Source: a virus. Taken from it: DNA of 64,000 bases. The translations under genes were made by a program, and so were the position numbers. A model generated the notes under the pieces. The model did not search any database, was not told the origin of the DNA, and was given only the letters and a program-made list of their open reading frames with translations. Positions 30,471-40,235 of the stretch are shown here, in pieces. Each line of letters begins with the position of its first letter. Positions within the stretch are counted from its first letter, which is position 1. Location of the stretch: positions 39,265 to 103,264 of the IMG/VR virus record IMGVR_UViG_3300037504_000888; one strand, 5' to 3'.

Positions 30471-32194
30471 GTCTGTGGGTATCCGATGTAGAGGGGTTGG
30501 AACGGGCCGCCCTCGTCGTTGGGCCAGTCCCGCAGGTGCTGCGCGAGCTTCTTGCTCATGCCAATGCACTGACCGACGTTGTCCACTACCGCTACCAGAG
30601 TCGGCGTCTTCTTGCCAGGCAATGGACGGGTGGGTCTGCCGAGCAACTGTTGTAGGCCGTTTCGGCTCGAGAAAAGCGAACTGAGGATGACCGTGTCGAG
30701 CCGGGGGCAATCCATGCCTTCTTTGCCGTACTTCGTGACGGCGAAGATGATGTTTTTGCTGCCCAGCATCTCCTGGCGGGTTTTGGCGGGCACATCGTAG
30801 GTGAGCAACCCAGTCTGTTGTGCCCGCGCGACGAGGTTCTTTACGTACTGCCTCTGCCTCTTCTTCAGCTCGTTTTGAATCTTCTTATGAATCTCGAACT
30901 GCTTGAACGCTTGATCGACCTGGGTGAGCTCGGCGTCGAATTGCACCAAGTCAGCCGGTGTGGCTTTGGGGTTCCGCTTTTGCCTCTCGAGCTTCTCCTT
31001 CTTCTTCGCTAGCTTGGCCTGCTCTTTCTTGGTCAGATCGATAGGCGTCAGCGTCTCCCCGAATTCCGCTGGGGTGGGGATGGGGATGTCGGTGTAGAGC
31101 TGTCCGGCGGTGGCGCCGAGCTCGTACATCGCCATCAGGTTGACGACCTCGTCCACCGAGTTCGATAGAACCAGGATGCAACGCCCGTTGTTGCCCGCTT
31201 CGTTGACCAGGTCGATGATCAGCTGCAACCGCTGCGTCCACTGTCCGAAGAACGTCTGGACCTTGCTGAGATGTACTTCCTGGTTGATATCGAGGCACAT
31301 GGTCCTAACAATGGGGTCGCTCAGATTGAGTTCTAGTCCTGACCAGTAGAACGCGAATCGAGGTGTCAGCGTGGGGCTCAGGTCCTTGAACAGTACTTTG
31401 CCTACGTGGACGTCGGCGATGACATGCAAGCCGTCGTCGCGCTCCGGGGTGGCCGTGAGTGAATAGCGGGACCCGTAGAACATCGCCGCCGTGGTAGCGA
31501 AGGTGGGCGCGCTGATGTGATGTCCCTCATCCCAGAAGATTTGTCCGAACCACCTCCGGGCTTCTTCGGGAATGGTGTCAGCCCAGTTGGCGATCGAGTG
31601 GTAAGTAGCAAGGACGAGACCCTTCTTCCATTCCCTCTTACCGTCGCCGAAGAAGCCAATCCCCCCGGGCACGTACAACATCTTTTCCGCCTCTTTCCTC
31701 CACTGATAAAGCAGATTGATGTTGTCGCACATCACTAGCGCTGGCACCTCGCCCGTGGCAATCTTGTAGAGCGCGATGACGGTCTTGCCCCTGCCACAGG
31801 CGAGCTGCAACACGCCTCCGGGTGCGTCGTAGAGCGCCTTTACGCTTCGCCGCTGTACATCGAGCCCCGTGCTTATGAGCGTCACCTGCCCGTCCACCAG
31901 CTCGGGGCGGTGGTCGAGCAGGATGCTGTGTTGGAAGGGGATGTGCGGGTAGTTCTGGGGGCGGCAGTCGACTACTGGGAATGGCAGCCGCATCGGGTCC
32001 CAGAAGGCTCGGGGGACTAGCAAATGGTCATGGGACTCACGCCACAAGTACAAGAACCGTTCTTGTCCTGTGTAGCTGTCGCTCAGTACGTGGGTGAGCG
32101 CGGACTTCGTAGCGTCTACGCTGATGTACTGCTTGGGCACCCAGAGCCACCGGTCGAGGTAGCCCTGAGTGCCCTTACGGAGGATGACCTTCAT
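30419..32194 (-). CDS. Superfamily 2 DNA helicase (UvsW/ResIII-like)
   Basis: LACGRGKT, WDEGHH, LTATPER, EGMD.P.LD, QLLGRPTR; ATGA overlap at 32191-32194. Confidence 0.85.
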   Translation of the reverse strand: MKVILRKGTQGYLDRWLWVPKQYISVDATKSALTHVLSDSYTGQERFLYLWRESHDHLLVPRAFWDPMRLPFPVVDCRPQNYPHIPFQHSILLDHRPELVDGQVTLISTGLDVQRRSVKALYDAPGGVLQLACGRGKTVIALYKIATGEVPALVMCDNINLLYQWRKEAEKMLYVPGGIGFFGDGKREWKKGLVLATYHSIANWADTIPEEARRWFGQIFWDEGHHISAPTFATTAAMFYGSRYSLTATPERDDGLHVIADVHVGKVLFKDLSPTLTPRFAFYWSGLELNLSDPIVRTMCLDINQEVHLSKVQTFFGQWTQRLQLIIDLVNEAGNNGRCILVLSNSVDEVVNLMAMYELGATAGQLYTDIPIPTPAEFGETLTPIDLTKKEQAKLAKKKEKLERQKRNPKATPADLVQFDAELTQVDQAFKQFEIHKKIQNELKKRQRQYVKNLVARAQQTGLLTYDVPAKTRQEMLGSKNIIFAVTKYGKEGMDCPRLDTVILSSLFSSRNGLQQLLGRPTRPLPGKKTPTLVAVVDNVGQCIGMSKKLAQHLRDWPNDEGGPFQPLYIGYPQTWTKNSRTTNIQTLLGP

Positions 32195-33009
32195 TGTCCG
32201 TTGGTGTTCTGCGGCGGAGCTGGGGACTGAGGGACAGGGTATGTACTCCACGGAACGAAGTCGAGGGCGTTTGCCATGCCGACCAGCATGAATTTCAGCC
32301 CGGTACGCAGCCCAGCGTAGGCCACCATCTTCATCACGTTGCCGTCGTAGGGTTCAGGCACCGACAGCGGGGACGGCACCTGCATCCCTGGTGATGGGTA
32401 GTTCTGCGGCACATAGCTGGGATGTGGCGCCATCTCTGGAGGCACGTAGGCCATCGGAACTGGAGCCTGTGGGTGCTGGTAGTGGACTTGTCCCGCTTGC
32501 GGGTGCTGCGCTTGGGGTCTGGGTTGTACTACTTGCTGCTGGGCCACTCGACCGGGCTGCTGCATCTGTCGAGGCTGCTGCACGACGGTGGTCTGGATAT
32601 TGCCCACTACAGGGCGATGGGGGGTCATCGTCGTAGGTGACTGGACTGGAGTAGACATCGGGGTGGGCAGCGCCTGCGGGGATGACGCCTGCTTGACCTC
32701 GACGCTGTGGTACGGCTTCTTGGTGAGGGTATTCATCACGGGGACGAGATGCTCCTTGTTCCTCTTGTCCTGTGCTGCTGAGCAGCGAGACTCGAAACTA
32801 CACTTGGGGCGGATGTGACTTCCGCCCTCCCAATGGGTGGGGTCCGCGCCGCCCCGGCATTTGGGGTTGTTCGGGTCCCACATCTGGGCGTAACAACGGG
32901 GAGCTTTCTGGCCGCAGGTGCTGCACACCATCTTCTCGCCACCGTCAGCCGTGCTGATGATCTCGGCCGTCATGCGCTTGCAAGACGGACACTCGAAGTG
33001 CTCTGTCAT
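32191..33009 (-). CDS. Zinc-finger protein with Pro/Gln-rich region and C-terminal hydrophobic helix
   Basis: AGGAGG RBS; CPSC...CSTC...C...C...C...C; Q/P-rich middle. Confidence 0.6.
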   Translation of the reverse strand: MTEHFECPSCKRMTAEIISTADGGEKMVCSTCGQKAPRCYAQMWDPNNPKCRGGADPTHWEGGSHIRPKCSFESRCSAAQDKRNKEHLVPVMNTLTKKPYHSVEVKQASSPQALPTPMSTPVQSPTTMTPHRPVVGNIQTTVVQQPRQMQQPGRVAQQQVVQPRPQAQHPQAGQVHYQHPQAPVPMAYVPPEMAPHPSYVPQNYPSPGMQVPSPLSVPEPYDGNVMKMVAYAGLRTGLKFMLVGMANALDFVPWSTYPVPQSPAPPQNTNGQ

Positions 33010-33044
33010 CTTCCTCCTGGGGGTTATGGGCCTGTCGCGTCACA

Positions 33045-33055
33045 GCGGTTATGCC
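33045..33055 (-). promoter_or_regulatory. Candidate promoter motif GGCATAACnGC (copy 2)
   Basis: In the divergent intergenic region, about 36 nt upstream of ATG 33009. Confidence 0.5.
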
Positions 33056-33135
33056 AGCTTCCCTACGCTTTTTGATGCTGCTAGGTGTAGTCTTGCAGTT
33101 GTAGTTCTGCGCCACTAGGCTGTGCCGAGGTACCC

Positions 33136-34566
33136 ATGGAGAAGATCAGCGGACTCGTTCTCGACGCCCACGACGACGTCACCGGCTACATCGCAAAGGG
33201 CATTTGGCCCGAGCTCAGCGACGTGCCCGACTTGGTGAAGACCGCCGCGGCCATCACGCCCGAGCAACGCGAGGCACTGCCCGATGACGTCTTCGCTCTC
33301 GTTCTTCGCCACGGCGACGTCACGATGCGTAAGTACGCTTGTGTCGACGCTGGGAACGTGGCGCTCAACATCGCCTACTTCCTGTCCTCGTACAACAAGC
33401 TGCCGGTCGAGGCCATCAAGACGGCCGCGGCGAACCTCGAGACCGCGTGTCACTGGTACGACATCGAGCCGCCAGAGGAGCTGAAGAAGCTCAGTACCGG
33501 CAACATCCCCGTCATTGGCAAGCAGCAGGTCTGGAAGGACATGGACGGGACGACCTACTCCAAGAACGACCAGAGTTGGGACTTGGAGAAGAACGCTGAG
33601 GTGAGTGGTAGCTACGATCAGCCGAAGCAAGTAACCAAGGAGAAGGTCGACCCCACCCGTGGTCGCAAGAGCGCGGTGAAGACGGCGGAGGAGCAGTTCG
33701 AGGAGAGCCTCGCTGGTGAAACACTCGAGCGCGGTCAGGACATGCCCACTGAGGACCAGCCCAAATCGTTGCCGCAGGTGAAGAAGACTCTGACGCCGCA
33801 CGTCGACGTGTCGAGCCACGAACCCCCGAAGCTCATCACGAAGAAGGAGGCTAGTCGTTTTGCGATGCCTAGTATCCAACGCTACCCCCTCGATGGTTTC
33901 GATCAGGTGAAGATGGCCAGCGCCTACTTCGATGAGCAGTGCCGCTTCATGGACCCACCCGACCGTCGGGAGTTCGCCCACAACCTGGTGAAGCGGGCCT
34001 CGGAGCTCGAGCTCCCCGTCAGCGAAATCGCCCGCAACTACGGAGAGAACGAGGGTTACGCAAAAGAAGCTCAGCTCATCATGGCCATTGACCAGCGAGC
34101 TACGCTGCTCAAGGCCCATGCCGACCAAGACTTCGAGGAGGGTGTGAAGACCGCGAGTGCCTACGTGCTCGGGCTCTACGACCAGCTCTTCAATCAGCGA
34201 CAGCAGATGCCGGCTGAGGTGTGGGCAGGAGCGATGCACGAGATCGACAAACTGGCCGGGCTCGACGAGTTCTATGGCACCGAGCTCGATGACCCCTGGC
34301 TCGCCACCTTTTCCAAGCTGGCCGAGGAGGCGAACCCCAAAGACACCGTGGTCATCGGCAACGAATACATGACGGTCGAAGACCTCGAGAACTACGCCCA
34401 GCGGGGCGGCGAGCCCCTTGAGGGGCGTTTCGGTGAGGACTTCGTCAAGGAGTTCCAGGCCGACCCGAAGGGCATCTTCGACTCATTGCCAGTCGACCAG
34501 AAGAAGGTCATCATGCGGATGGTCAACAACGGGCACTCTGTCATTCAGGGCGCTTCCGCATCGTGA
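33136..34566 (+). CDS. Head-module protein rich in K-x-A motifs
   Basis: About ten KTAA/KNA/KEA/KMA/KRA/KLA motifs; first gene of the portal operon. Confidence 0.6.
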   Translation: MEKISGLVLDAHDDVTGYIAKGIWPELSDVPDLVKTAAAITPEQREALPDDVFALVLRHGDVTMRKYACVDAGNVALNIAYFLSSYNKLPVEAIKTAAANLETACHWYDIEPPEELKKLSTGNIPVIGKQQVWKDMDGTTYSKNDQSWDLEKNAEVSGSYDQPKQVTKEKVDPTRGRKSAVKTAEEQFEESLAGETLERGQDMPTEDQPKSLPQVKKTLTPHVDVSSHEPPKLITKKEASRFAMPSIQRYPLDGFDQVKMASAYFDEQCRFMDPPDRREFAHNLVKRASELELPVSEIARNYGENEGYAKEAQLIMAIDQRATLLKAHADQDFEEGVKTASAYVLGLYDQLFNQRQQMPAEVWAGAMHEIDKLAGLDEFYGTELDDPWLATFSKLAEEANPKDTVVIGNEYMTVEDLENYAQRGGEPLEGRFGEDFVKEFQADPKGIFDSLPVDQKKVIMRMVNNGHSVIQGASAS

Positions 34567-34572
34567 TGACCC

Positions 34573-35406
34573 ATGGCTCGAGACGACGAGGACTTCTTCC
34601 GGCCTGAGCCGGACCCACCCATTCAGCAGCGCATTCAGCGGCTGATTCGTGGCCCGTTCAAGAAGGTCCTCGAGGACGATGAAGCACAGGAGGACGAGTC
34701 GGACGCCGTCATAGAGACGGTGGAGTACGAGGATGACCGGGTGCGCACAGACGTGTCGCCGGCCGTCCCAATGCCGACGACCATCAACCTCTTCCAACAC
34801 CCGGATGCCCACCCCTTCGTGTTGGACCTGGCGCTGCTCCGCAAGTACGGTCCTGAGTGGATGCAGTGGGAGCCCGAGACCCTCGAGGGACGAATCCGCA
34901 TCGACTTTCGCAGCACGTTGAGCCAGCTCAACCTAGACAAGCTGCATGCGGTCGCCAACCTGCATTTGGTGGACACATTCTGGGACCACTGGACCGTTTT
35001 CAGTCCATGTGCGCAGGCACTCACTATGGTGCCGCCCGACTTCCGGGTGATGCAGGCCTTGACCGTTCCTCAGCTGCTCATCGCTGTCGACACGGCTGAG
35101 AAGATCAGGTCCGGTATGGAGTACTCCCTCGAAGTTCGGACCTACATGGAGCTCTGCTACTTGTACGACGGTATGGCCTGTCCCATTGCGCCGCTCGACG
35201 ACCTCCTCGACATCGACGCGTCGGAGTATGAGATTGACTGCGAGAGCATCAACGAGCGCTGGGACGACGTTCGGTCGAGCGGAAAAGCCCCGAAGGGTGG
35301 TACGGTAGAAGATGAGCAGCTTCGTCGCATGCTCGAGGCCCACCAACTCCTCGAGGAGAACCGTCAACTCCTGCAGGACCAGCTTCCGCTTCTGTACAAT
35401 GCCTGA
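34573..35406 (+). CDS. Acidic hypothetical protein (head module)
   Basis: Tiles the operon. Confidence 0.55.
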   Translation: MARDDEDFFRPEPDPPIQQRIQRLIRGPFKKVLEDDEAQEDESDAVIETVEYEDDRVRTDVSPAVPMPTTINLFQHPDAHPFVLDLALLRKYGPEWMQWEPETLEGRIRIDFRSTLSQLNLDKLHAVANLHLVDTFWDHWTVFSPCAQALTMVPPDFRVMQALTVPQLLIAVDTAEKIRSGMEYSLEVRTYMELCYLYDGMACPIAPLDDLLDIDASEYEIDCESINERWDDVRSSGKAPKGGTVEDEQLRRMLEAHQLLEENRQLLQDQLPLLYNA

Positions 35407-36676
35407 CATCGACCCCTTCATCCTTCGCTGCATGCACGACGAGGTCGTGAAGGTGGCCTTTCTCGGGTCGTTGGCGCGGCAGGGCGTGCAGGCCGTCGGT
35501 AAGGCGGGTGGCAAGCTGTTGGCCAACAAGGGTGTCCAGTCCGCGGGCCGGCATGTTGCGCAGTCTGTCGGTGACGTAGGGGCCGGGATGGGTGTCGGCG
35601 CTGCCTCTGGTGGTCTGATTGGTGCCGGTACGGAAGGTTACAAGGGGTACCAGGAAGAGGGCGCCTCGGGCGCCGTGTCCCGAGGACTGCAGGGCGGTAT
35701 GAGGGGGGCGGGCCTTGGTGCGGCTATGGGCGGTGTTGCGGGCCTGGCGTCGGGAGGTCGAGCCACCGTCTCGGAGCTAGGCAAGACGCTCACGAAGGGC
35801 AAGTACAACCCCCTGGGTACCGCCGTGCGAACTGGACAGCGTAACCTTCACAGCGTCACGGGGCTCGCCCCCGGGGGTGCCAAGCGGGGCACCAAGGAGT
35901 ACGCGAATGCGCTGCGGGGCATGAAGATGGAGGGCTGGAAAGCCAAGGGAACCGCACAGGCGGCAGCGAAGACTAGGCGGCAGGCCGAGCAGGCCGTTGC
36001 CAAGTCCAAGCGCAAGGTGCACCGCGGGGAGAAGAACCTCGAGAGGGCGATCAAGAGCGGGGACCCCGCTGCCATCCGCAAGGCCGAGAGGTCTCTGGCT
36101 CGTGATTCACGGGCTATCCACAAGGGTGAAAAGGCTGTGGGGAAAGCCACGGATGCGCTCGACCGGGCAAGCGAGGAGGCCAAGTCGGTCGAGGACGCCT
36201 GGCAGGCGGGCATGACAAGCCTCCCGGGCGTGGCTGGGGCCGTGAAGGAGAAGGGTGTCGGTTCGTTGTGGGAGCACGGCATCAAACCACAGACGAAGAC
36301 CCTCTCCGGTAAGGCCATGTTGGCAGCGCCGGTGGCCCTGGCCGCGCCCACGCTGGCCACGGAGGAGGACGAAGAGGGTCGAGGGCGCGCCGAGCGCTTC
36401 AGCAAGTCCCTGGTCGAGAACGCGGCCTACACGACCACGCCGATGATTCCCTTGGTCGGCAGCGACATTATGGGGCGCTCTATCGGTGCAGCGGCGGGGC
36501 TTGGGGGGCGCAACATCGACAAGCTCATCGGCGCCGTGAAGCGCAAGCCCACGAGCGAACTTGGGGAGTCCCCCGGTGTGCCCGCCACCGATGGTGACAG
36601 TGAGGGCGGAATTCCCGTGGAGCGTGTGGTGAGCAACGCAGCACAGGGCAAGCCTCCGGAGGACATGCTGGTATGA
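35399..36676 (+). CDS. Gly/Ala-rich protein with glycine-zipper helices (possible ejection/internal head protein)
   Basis: ATG 35399 (MPDIDP...MHDEVVKVA); GxxxG-rich hydrophobic helices; coiled coil. Confidence 0.5.
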   Translation: MPDIDPFILRCMHDEVVKVAFLGSLARQGVQAVGKAGGKLLANKGVQSAGRHVAQSVGDVGAGMGVGAASGGLIGAGTEGYKGYQEEGASGAVSRGLQGGMRGAGLGAAMGGVAGLASGGRATVSELGKTLTKGKYNPLGTAVRTGQRNLHSVTGLAPGGAKRGTKEYANALRGMKMEGWKAKGTAQAAAKTRRQAEQAVAKSKRKVHRGEKNLERAIKSGDPAAIRKAERSLARDSRAIHKGEKAVGKATDALDRASEEAKSVEDAWQAGMTSLPGVAGAVKEKGVGSLWEHGIKPQTKTLSGKAMLAAPVALAAPTLATEEDEEGRGRAERFSKSLVENAAYTTTPMIPLVGSDIMGRSIGAAAGLGGRNIDKLIGAVKRKPTSELGESPGVPATDGDSEGGIPVERVVSNAAQGKPPEDMLV

Positions 36677-38757
36677 GCTTTTCGTTCGGTAACTTCGCTC
36701 TCGGTGGCCCCTCTAGCCCGATGCGCTTTGCGCAGGGGCAGACCCGCGGGCGCATTCAGGGCGGCGGTCAGATTCAGGGGATCAACTACCCGAGCCCGTT
36801 CTTCGACATTGCTCACACGTACCTGCCGACGACGGTCAAGCAGCTCTTCAAGTTCTGCCGCTACTACTTCCTCACCAACCCGCTCATCAACGCCGTCGTG
36901 ATGAAGATGAGCGAGTACCCGGTCACCGACATCGTAGTCGACCACGAGGACCCACAAGTGGTGACGAAGTGGACGGACTACCTTCACGATACTGTGCGCG
37001 TCCGCTCCTTCCAGGTCGAGTGTGGGCTTGACTACCACTGTTACGGCACCTGCCCGGTGTCGATGAGCTTTCCGTTCCAGAAGTACCTGACTTGTCGCAA
37101 CTGCGGGTTCAGTGAGCAGGCGAAGAAGACCCGCAACCGCTGGATCTACACTAGTCACGAGTTCCGCTTGACTTGCCCGAAGTGCGGGCACGTCGGCGCC
37201 GCCACACCAAAGGACTGGTACTACCGAGATGCCTCCAGCATCCGCCCGGTGCGCTGGAACGTCGAGGACATCGAAGTCAACTACAACGACATCACTGGCG
37301 AGAGCACGTACTTCTACAACATCCCCGCTCCGCTGAGAGCCGATATCACGCTCGGCAAGAAGGACGTTGTGGAGGGGATGCCGCAGATCTTCTTGCAGGC
37401 CATCCGTCAGCAGAAGGGCGTGGTTTTCTCGAAGAACAACTTTTTTGCCCTCAAACGCGCCACCCTCGCCTGGCAGGACCGTGGCTGGGGTATTCCGATG
37501 ATTCTGCCCGTCCTCAAGGACGCGTTCTACCTGCAGATCATGAAGAAGGCGCAGGAAGCCATTTTGCTTGAGCACATCGTGCCTCTACGTGTCATCTTTC
37601 CGCAGGCGGCGAGCGGCACGTCAGACCCATATACGACAATCAATCTACAGGATTGGCGTGACCAGATGGCGGCCGAGATTGCCCGCTGGCGCCACGACAA
37701 CAACTACATCCCCATCATGCCGCTGCCCATTGGTAACCAGAGCATCGGCGGCGACGGCAAGGCCTTGCTGCTCAGCGGCGAGATGATGCAGCTAGGCGAG
37801 CAGATCATCATGGGCTTGGGTGTTCCACGGGAGTTCCTGCAGGGTGGTCTGAGCTACGCGGGCACCAACGTCTCGATGCGCATGTTGGAGAATGCGTTCC
37901 TCAGCTACATCGGCCGACAGCGCCAGATGGTGAACTGGATGGTGGAGATGGCCGCTCACTTCATGGGGTGGCCGAAGGTCAACGTCCGTTTCAAGCCGTT
38001 CAAGATGGCGGACGACCTGCAGCGCAAGTCGTATCTGTTCCAGTTGAACCAAGCGCAGAAGATCTCCGACACCACACTGCTCGCCGACGCCGACCTCGAC
38101 ATCGAGGAGGAGAACGACATCATGGTGCGCGAGGCCGCGCGTCGTATCGAGGCTACGAAGAAGAGTCAGCTCGCCATGGCCGAGATTCAGGGCGAGAGCC
38201 AGATTATCATGCAGAAGATGCAGGCCAAGGCGCAACGGGCCATGCAGCAAGCTATGCAGCAGCCACCCGCGCCTGGCGAGCCCGGTGGTCCTCCCCCTCC
38301 GGATCACCCTGCTGCGGAGGTCGTGGGCCAAGGCGGGGGAGCCCCTGTGGTTGGCGGGCATGCCGACCCGCCCGCGCTGCCCGGGTCGGGTGGTGGAGGG
38401 GCGGCCAGGTCCGTACCTCAGGGGGCTGAAAGCCAGCTCAGCGCCGAGCAGGACTTGGGGGTAGAAGAGGGGCAGCCCGAGCAGATGCCTGGCGATGTCA
38501 TTCAGCTCGCCGAGGGCTACGCTGCCCAGATCCTGCAGCTTCCTGCGGAGCAGCAGGAGTTGGCGCTTCAGGCCATCGAGGCTCAGAGCCCCGACCTCTT
38601 CCAGCTAGTCAGCGAGTTCATGTCGCTGATGCAGAAGGGTACGGCGGGTCAGGCCATGATGCCGGGGGACGCCCAGGGTGGCCCGGAGACCGGTGGTGTC
38701 GACCAGCGTCCGTTACCCGAAGTGCTGCCGCCACGGCGTGAAGCGGCTCTAGTCTGA
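36673..38757 (+). CDS. Portal protein (putative) with zinc-ribbon insertion
   Basis: NPLINAVV.KMSEYPVT, DY..YG, GWG.P...P, LGVP.EFL.G motif order typical of portals; CRNC...CPKC insert. Confidence 0.65.
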   Translation: MSFSFGNFALGGPSSPMRFAQGQTRGRIQGGGQIQGINYPSPFFDIAHTYLPTTVKQLFKFCRYYFLTNPLINAVVMKMSEYPVTDIVVDHEDPQVVTKWTDYLHDTVRVRSFQVECGLDYHCYGTCPVSMSFPFQKYLTCRNCGFSEQAKKTRNRWIYTSHEFRLTCPKCGHVGAATPKDWYYRDASSIRPVRWNVEDIEVNYNDITGESTYFYNIPAPLRADITLGKKDVVEGMPQIFLQAIRQQKGVVFSKNNFFALKRATLAWQDRGWGIPMILPVLKDAFYLQIMKKAQEAILLEHIVPLRVIFPQAASGTSDPYTTINLQDWRDQMAAEIARWRHDNNYIPIMPLPIGNQSIGGDGKALLLSGEMMQLGEQIIMGLGVPREFLQGGLSYAGTNVSMRMLENAFLSYIGRQRQMVNWMVEMAAHFMGWPKVNVRFKPFKMADDLQRKSYLFQLNQAQKISDTTLLADADLDIEEENDIMVREAARRIEATKKSQLAMAEIQGESQIIMQKMQAKAQRAMQQAMQQPPAPGEPGGPPPPDHPAAEVVGQGGGAPVVGGHADPPALPGSGGGGAARSVPQGAESQLSAEQDLGVEEGQPEQMPGDVIQLAEGYAAQILQLPAEQQELALQAIEAQSPDLFQLVSEFMSLMQKGTAGQAMMPGDAQGGPETGGVDQRPLPEVLPPRREAALV

Positions 38758-38771
38758 TCGAGGGCTAGTTA

Positions 38772-38806
38772 CATTGGGCGGTGCCCCTGAGAGGGGCCGC
38801 CCAATG
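38772..38806. terminator. Hairpin between convergent portal and VWA genes
   Basis: CATTGGGCGG-TG-CCCCT-GAG-AGGGG-CCGCCCAATG. Confidence 0.6.
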
Positions 38807-38825
38807 CGTGGTCATAGGGTTTTGG

Positions 38826-40235
38826 TCAAGTGCGGTAGTTGCCGCTGAAGGGGTCTTGTACTTCTTGTCGCTTGTCGCAGACGACCATCTTGCCCCACGG
38901 TGCCGGACGGCACGAGTAAGGCGTGCGGACAATGCACCACACCACTTCGAGGCCTCGAGGCTGGTGCTCCGGGGCAGGACCGGCTCCATCGGTGAAGAAC
39001 ACCAGCAAGTTCGGTCGTGGTCGAAGTTGCATTACCTTCTGGAAGACGGGGATGAAGTTCGTGCCACCACGGCCCTTGTAGCTGATGGATGGCATCTTTC
39101 GCAGACTGATGCGCTCGCAGCGCTCTACCTGCGTGTCCGCCTGGATGAGCCACGCCTCCTGTAGTCCCATCTTCTTCAGCAGGTGGTAGCCCTCACTACG
39201 CGCCTCAATGAGCTGGTCGGTGCCCATGGAGAGCGAGGTGTCCTCAGCGATGGCAACGAGCACGCGCTGACTGACGACGCCCGAGGACGTCACGCCGACG
39301 AGCGCTCCACCTATGCTGGGGTTGCGCATGGAGAAGTCGCTGCATCCAGCCACAATCTCCTTGCTGCGGCGCAGGACTCGTTTGAGTTCACGGCGCCAGT
39401 CGACCTCCGGCGCCTTGATCTTGGTCTGAATGAGCTGCTCGAATCGACCGGGGACGGAGCCCCGGCCGAATTGCTGCATGTGCTCTTCGATGCGGTCGAG
39501 CGTGGTGCGGCGGATGGCATCGACTTCGGCCTCGCTCTTGCCGTATTGCGCGTCGAGTTCCTGCTCGATGTGGTCGAAGAGCGTCGAGCCGGCGCCGGAA
39601 CCGCAGGTACCAGCGCCTATCTTCTTCTGCCAGCCCTGACCGCTTCCGGTGCCGCTCTCTGGCTGCTGTTCGCCTTTGCCTTTCTTGCCCTTGTCACTGT
39701 CGGTGTCGGGGTTAGGTGGAGGATTGCCACCCATGGCGCAGTTCATGAACTGCTGAAGCTGCTGCTGTTGCTGTTGCATCTGACGAGAGAGCAGCTCGTA
39801 GTACTGTTCCATGGTCAACCCCGGCGGGTGGTTAAACTTCTCCGGGTAGACGACCCACGTAGGAAGCTTCCATCCCTCCTCTCGTAGGTTGTAGTTGATG
39901 GCTTCGTCGCCGGCGATGTTGGCCAGGTCCCCGTTCGGTAAAGCCTCGATGCGGTCGAAGCCGCGCAGTGGGTGCTCCACCTCGTGGTAGAGGCAGGCAC
40001 CCAGGACCTCGTCAGGGTTGGAGCCCGGCTCCGTAGGGTTGAGTTCCGGGTCGTTGAGCAGCCACTCGCCGTTTACGTAAAGCACCAGACCTTTGGTGAT
40101 GCCCATCGTTACCCCCTTGTACGGAACGATGATGGGCGTCATCTCGAGCAGGGTGCTGGCTACATACTCTGCATAGTACAGTATGTAGCCACGACCTTGG
40201 GCTAGCTTGTTGAGGGCATCGGATTCTATGCTCAT
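38826..40235 (-). CDS. DUF2201-like metallopeptidase + VWA domain protein
   Basis: YHEVEH, NIAGDEAIN, MIDAS DTSLSM, GRGGTNF, FFTDG. Confidence 0.8.
   Translation of the reverse strand: MSIESDALNKLAQGRGYILYYAEYVASTLLEMTPIIVPYKGVTMGITKGLVLYVNGEWLLNDPELNPTEPGSNPDEVLGACLYHEVEHPLRGFDRIEALPNGDLANIAGDEAINYNLREEGWKLPTWVVYPEKFNHPPGLTMEQYYELLSRQMQQQQQQLQQFMNCAMGGNPPPNPDTDSDKGKKGKGEQQPESGTGSGQGWQKKIGAGTCGSGAGSTLFDHIEQELDAQYGKSEAEVDAIRRTTLDRIEEHMQQFGRGSVPGRFEQLIQTKIKAPEVDWRRELKRVLRRSKEIVAGCSDFSMRNPSIGGALVGVTSSGVVSQRVLVAIAEDTSLSMGTDQLIEARSEGYHLLKKMGLQEAWLIQADTQVERCERISLRKMPSISYKGRGGTNFIPVFQKVMQLRPRPNLLVFFTDGAGPAPEHQPRGLEVVWCIVRTPYSCRPAPWGKMVVCDKRQEVQDPFSGNYRT

Noticed and set aside
33115-37575. Long minus-strand ORFs (374 aa at 33115-34239, 382 aa at 36427-37575)
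   Set aside because: Antisense shadows of well-formed plus-strand genes with typical V/L/H/D-rich mirror composition
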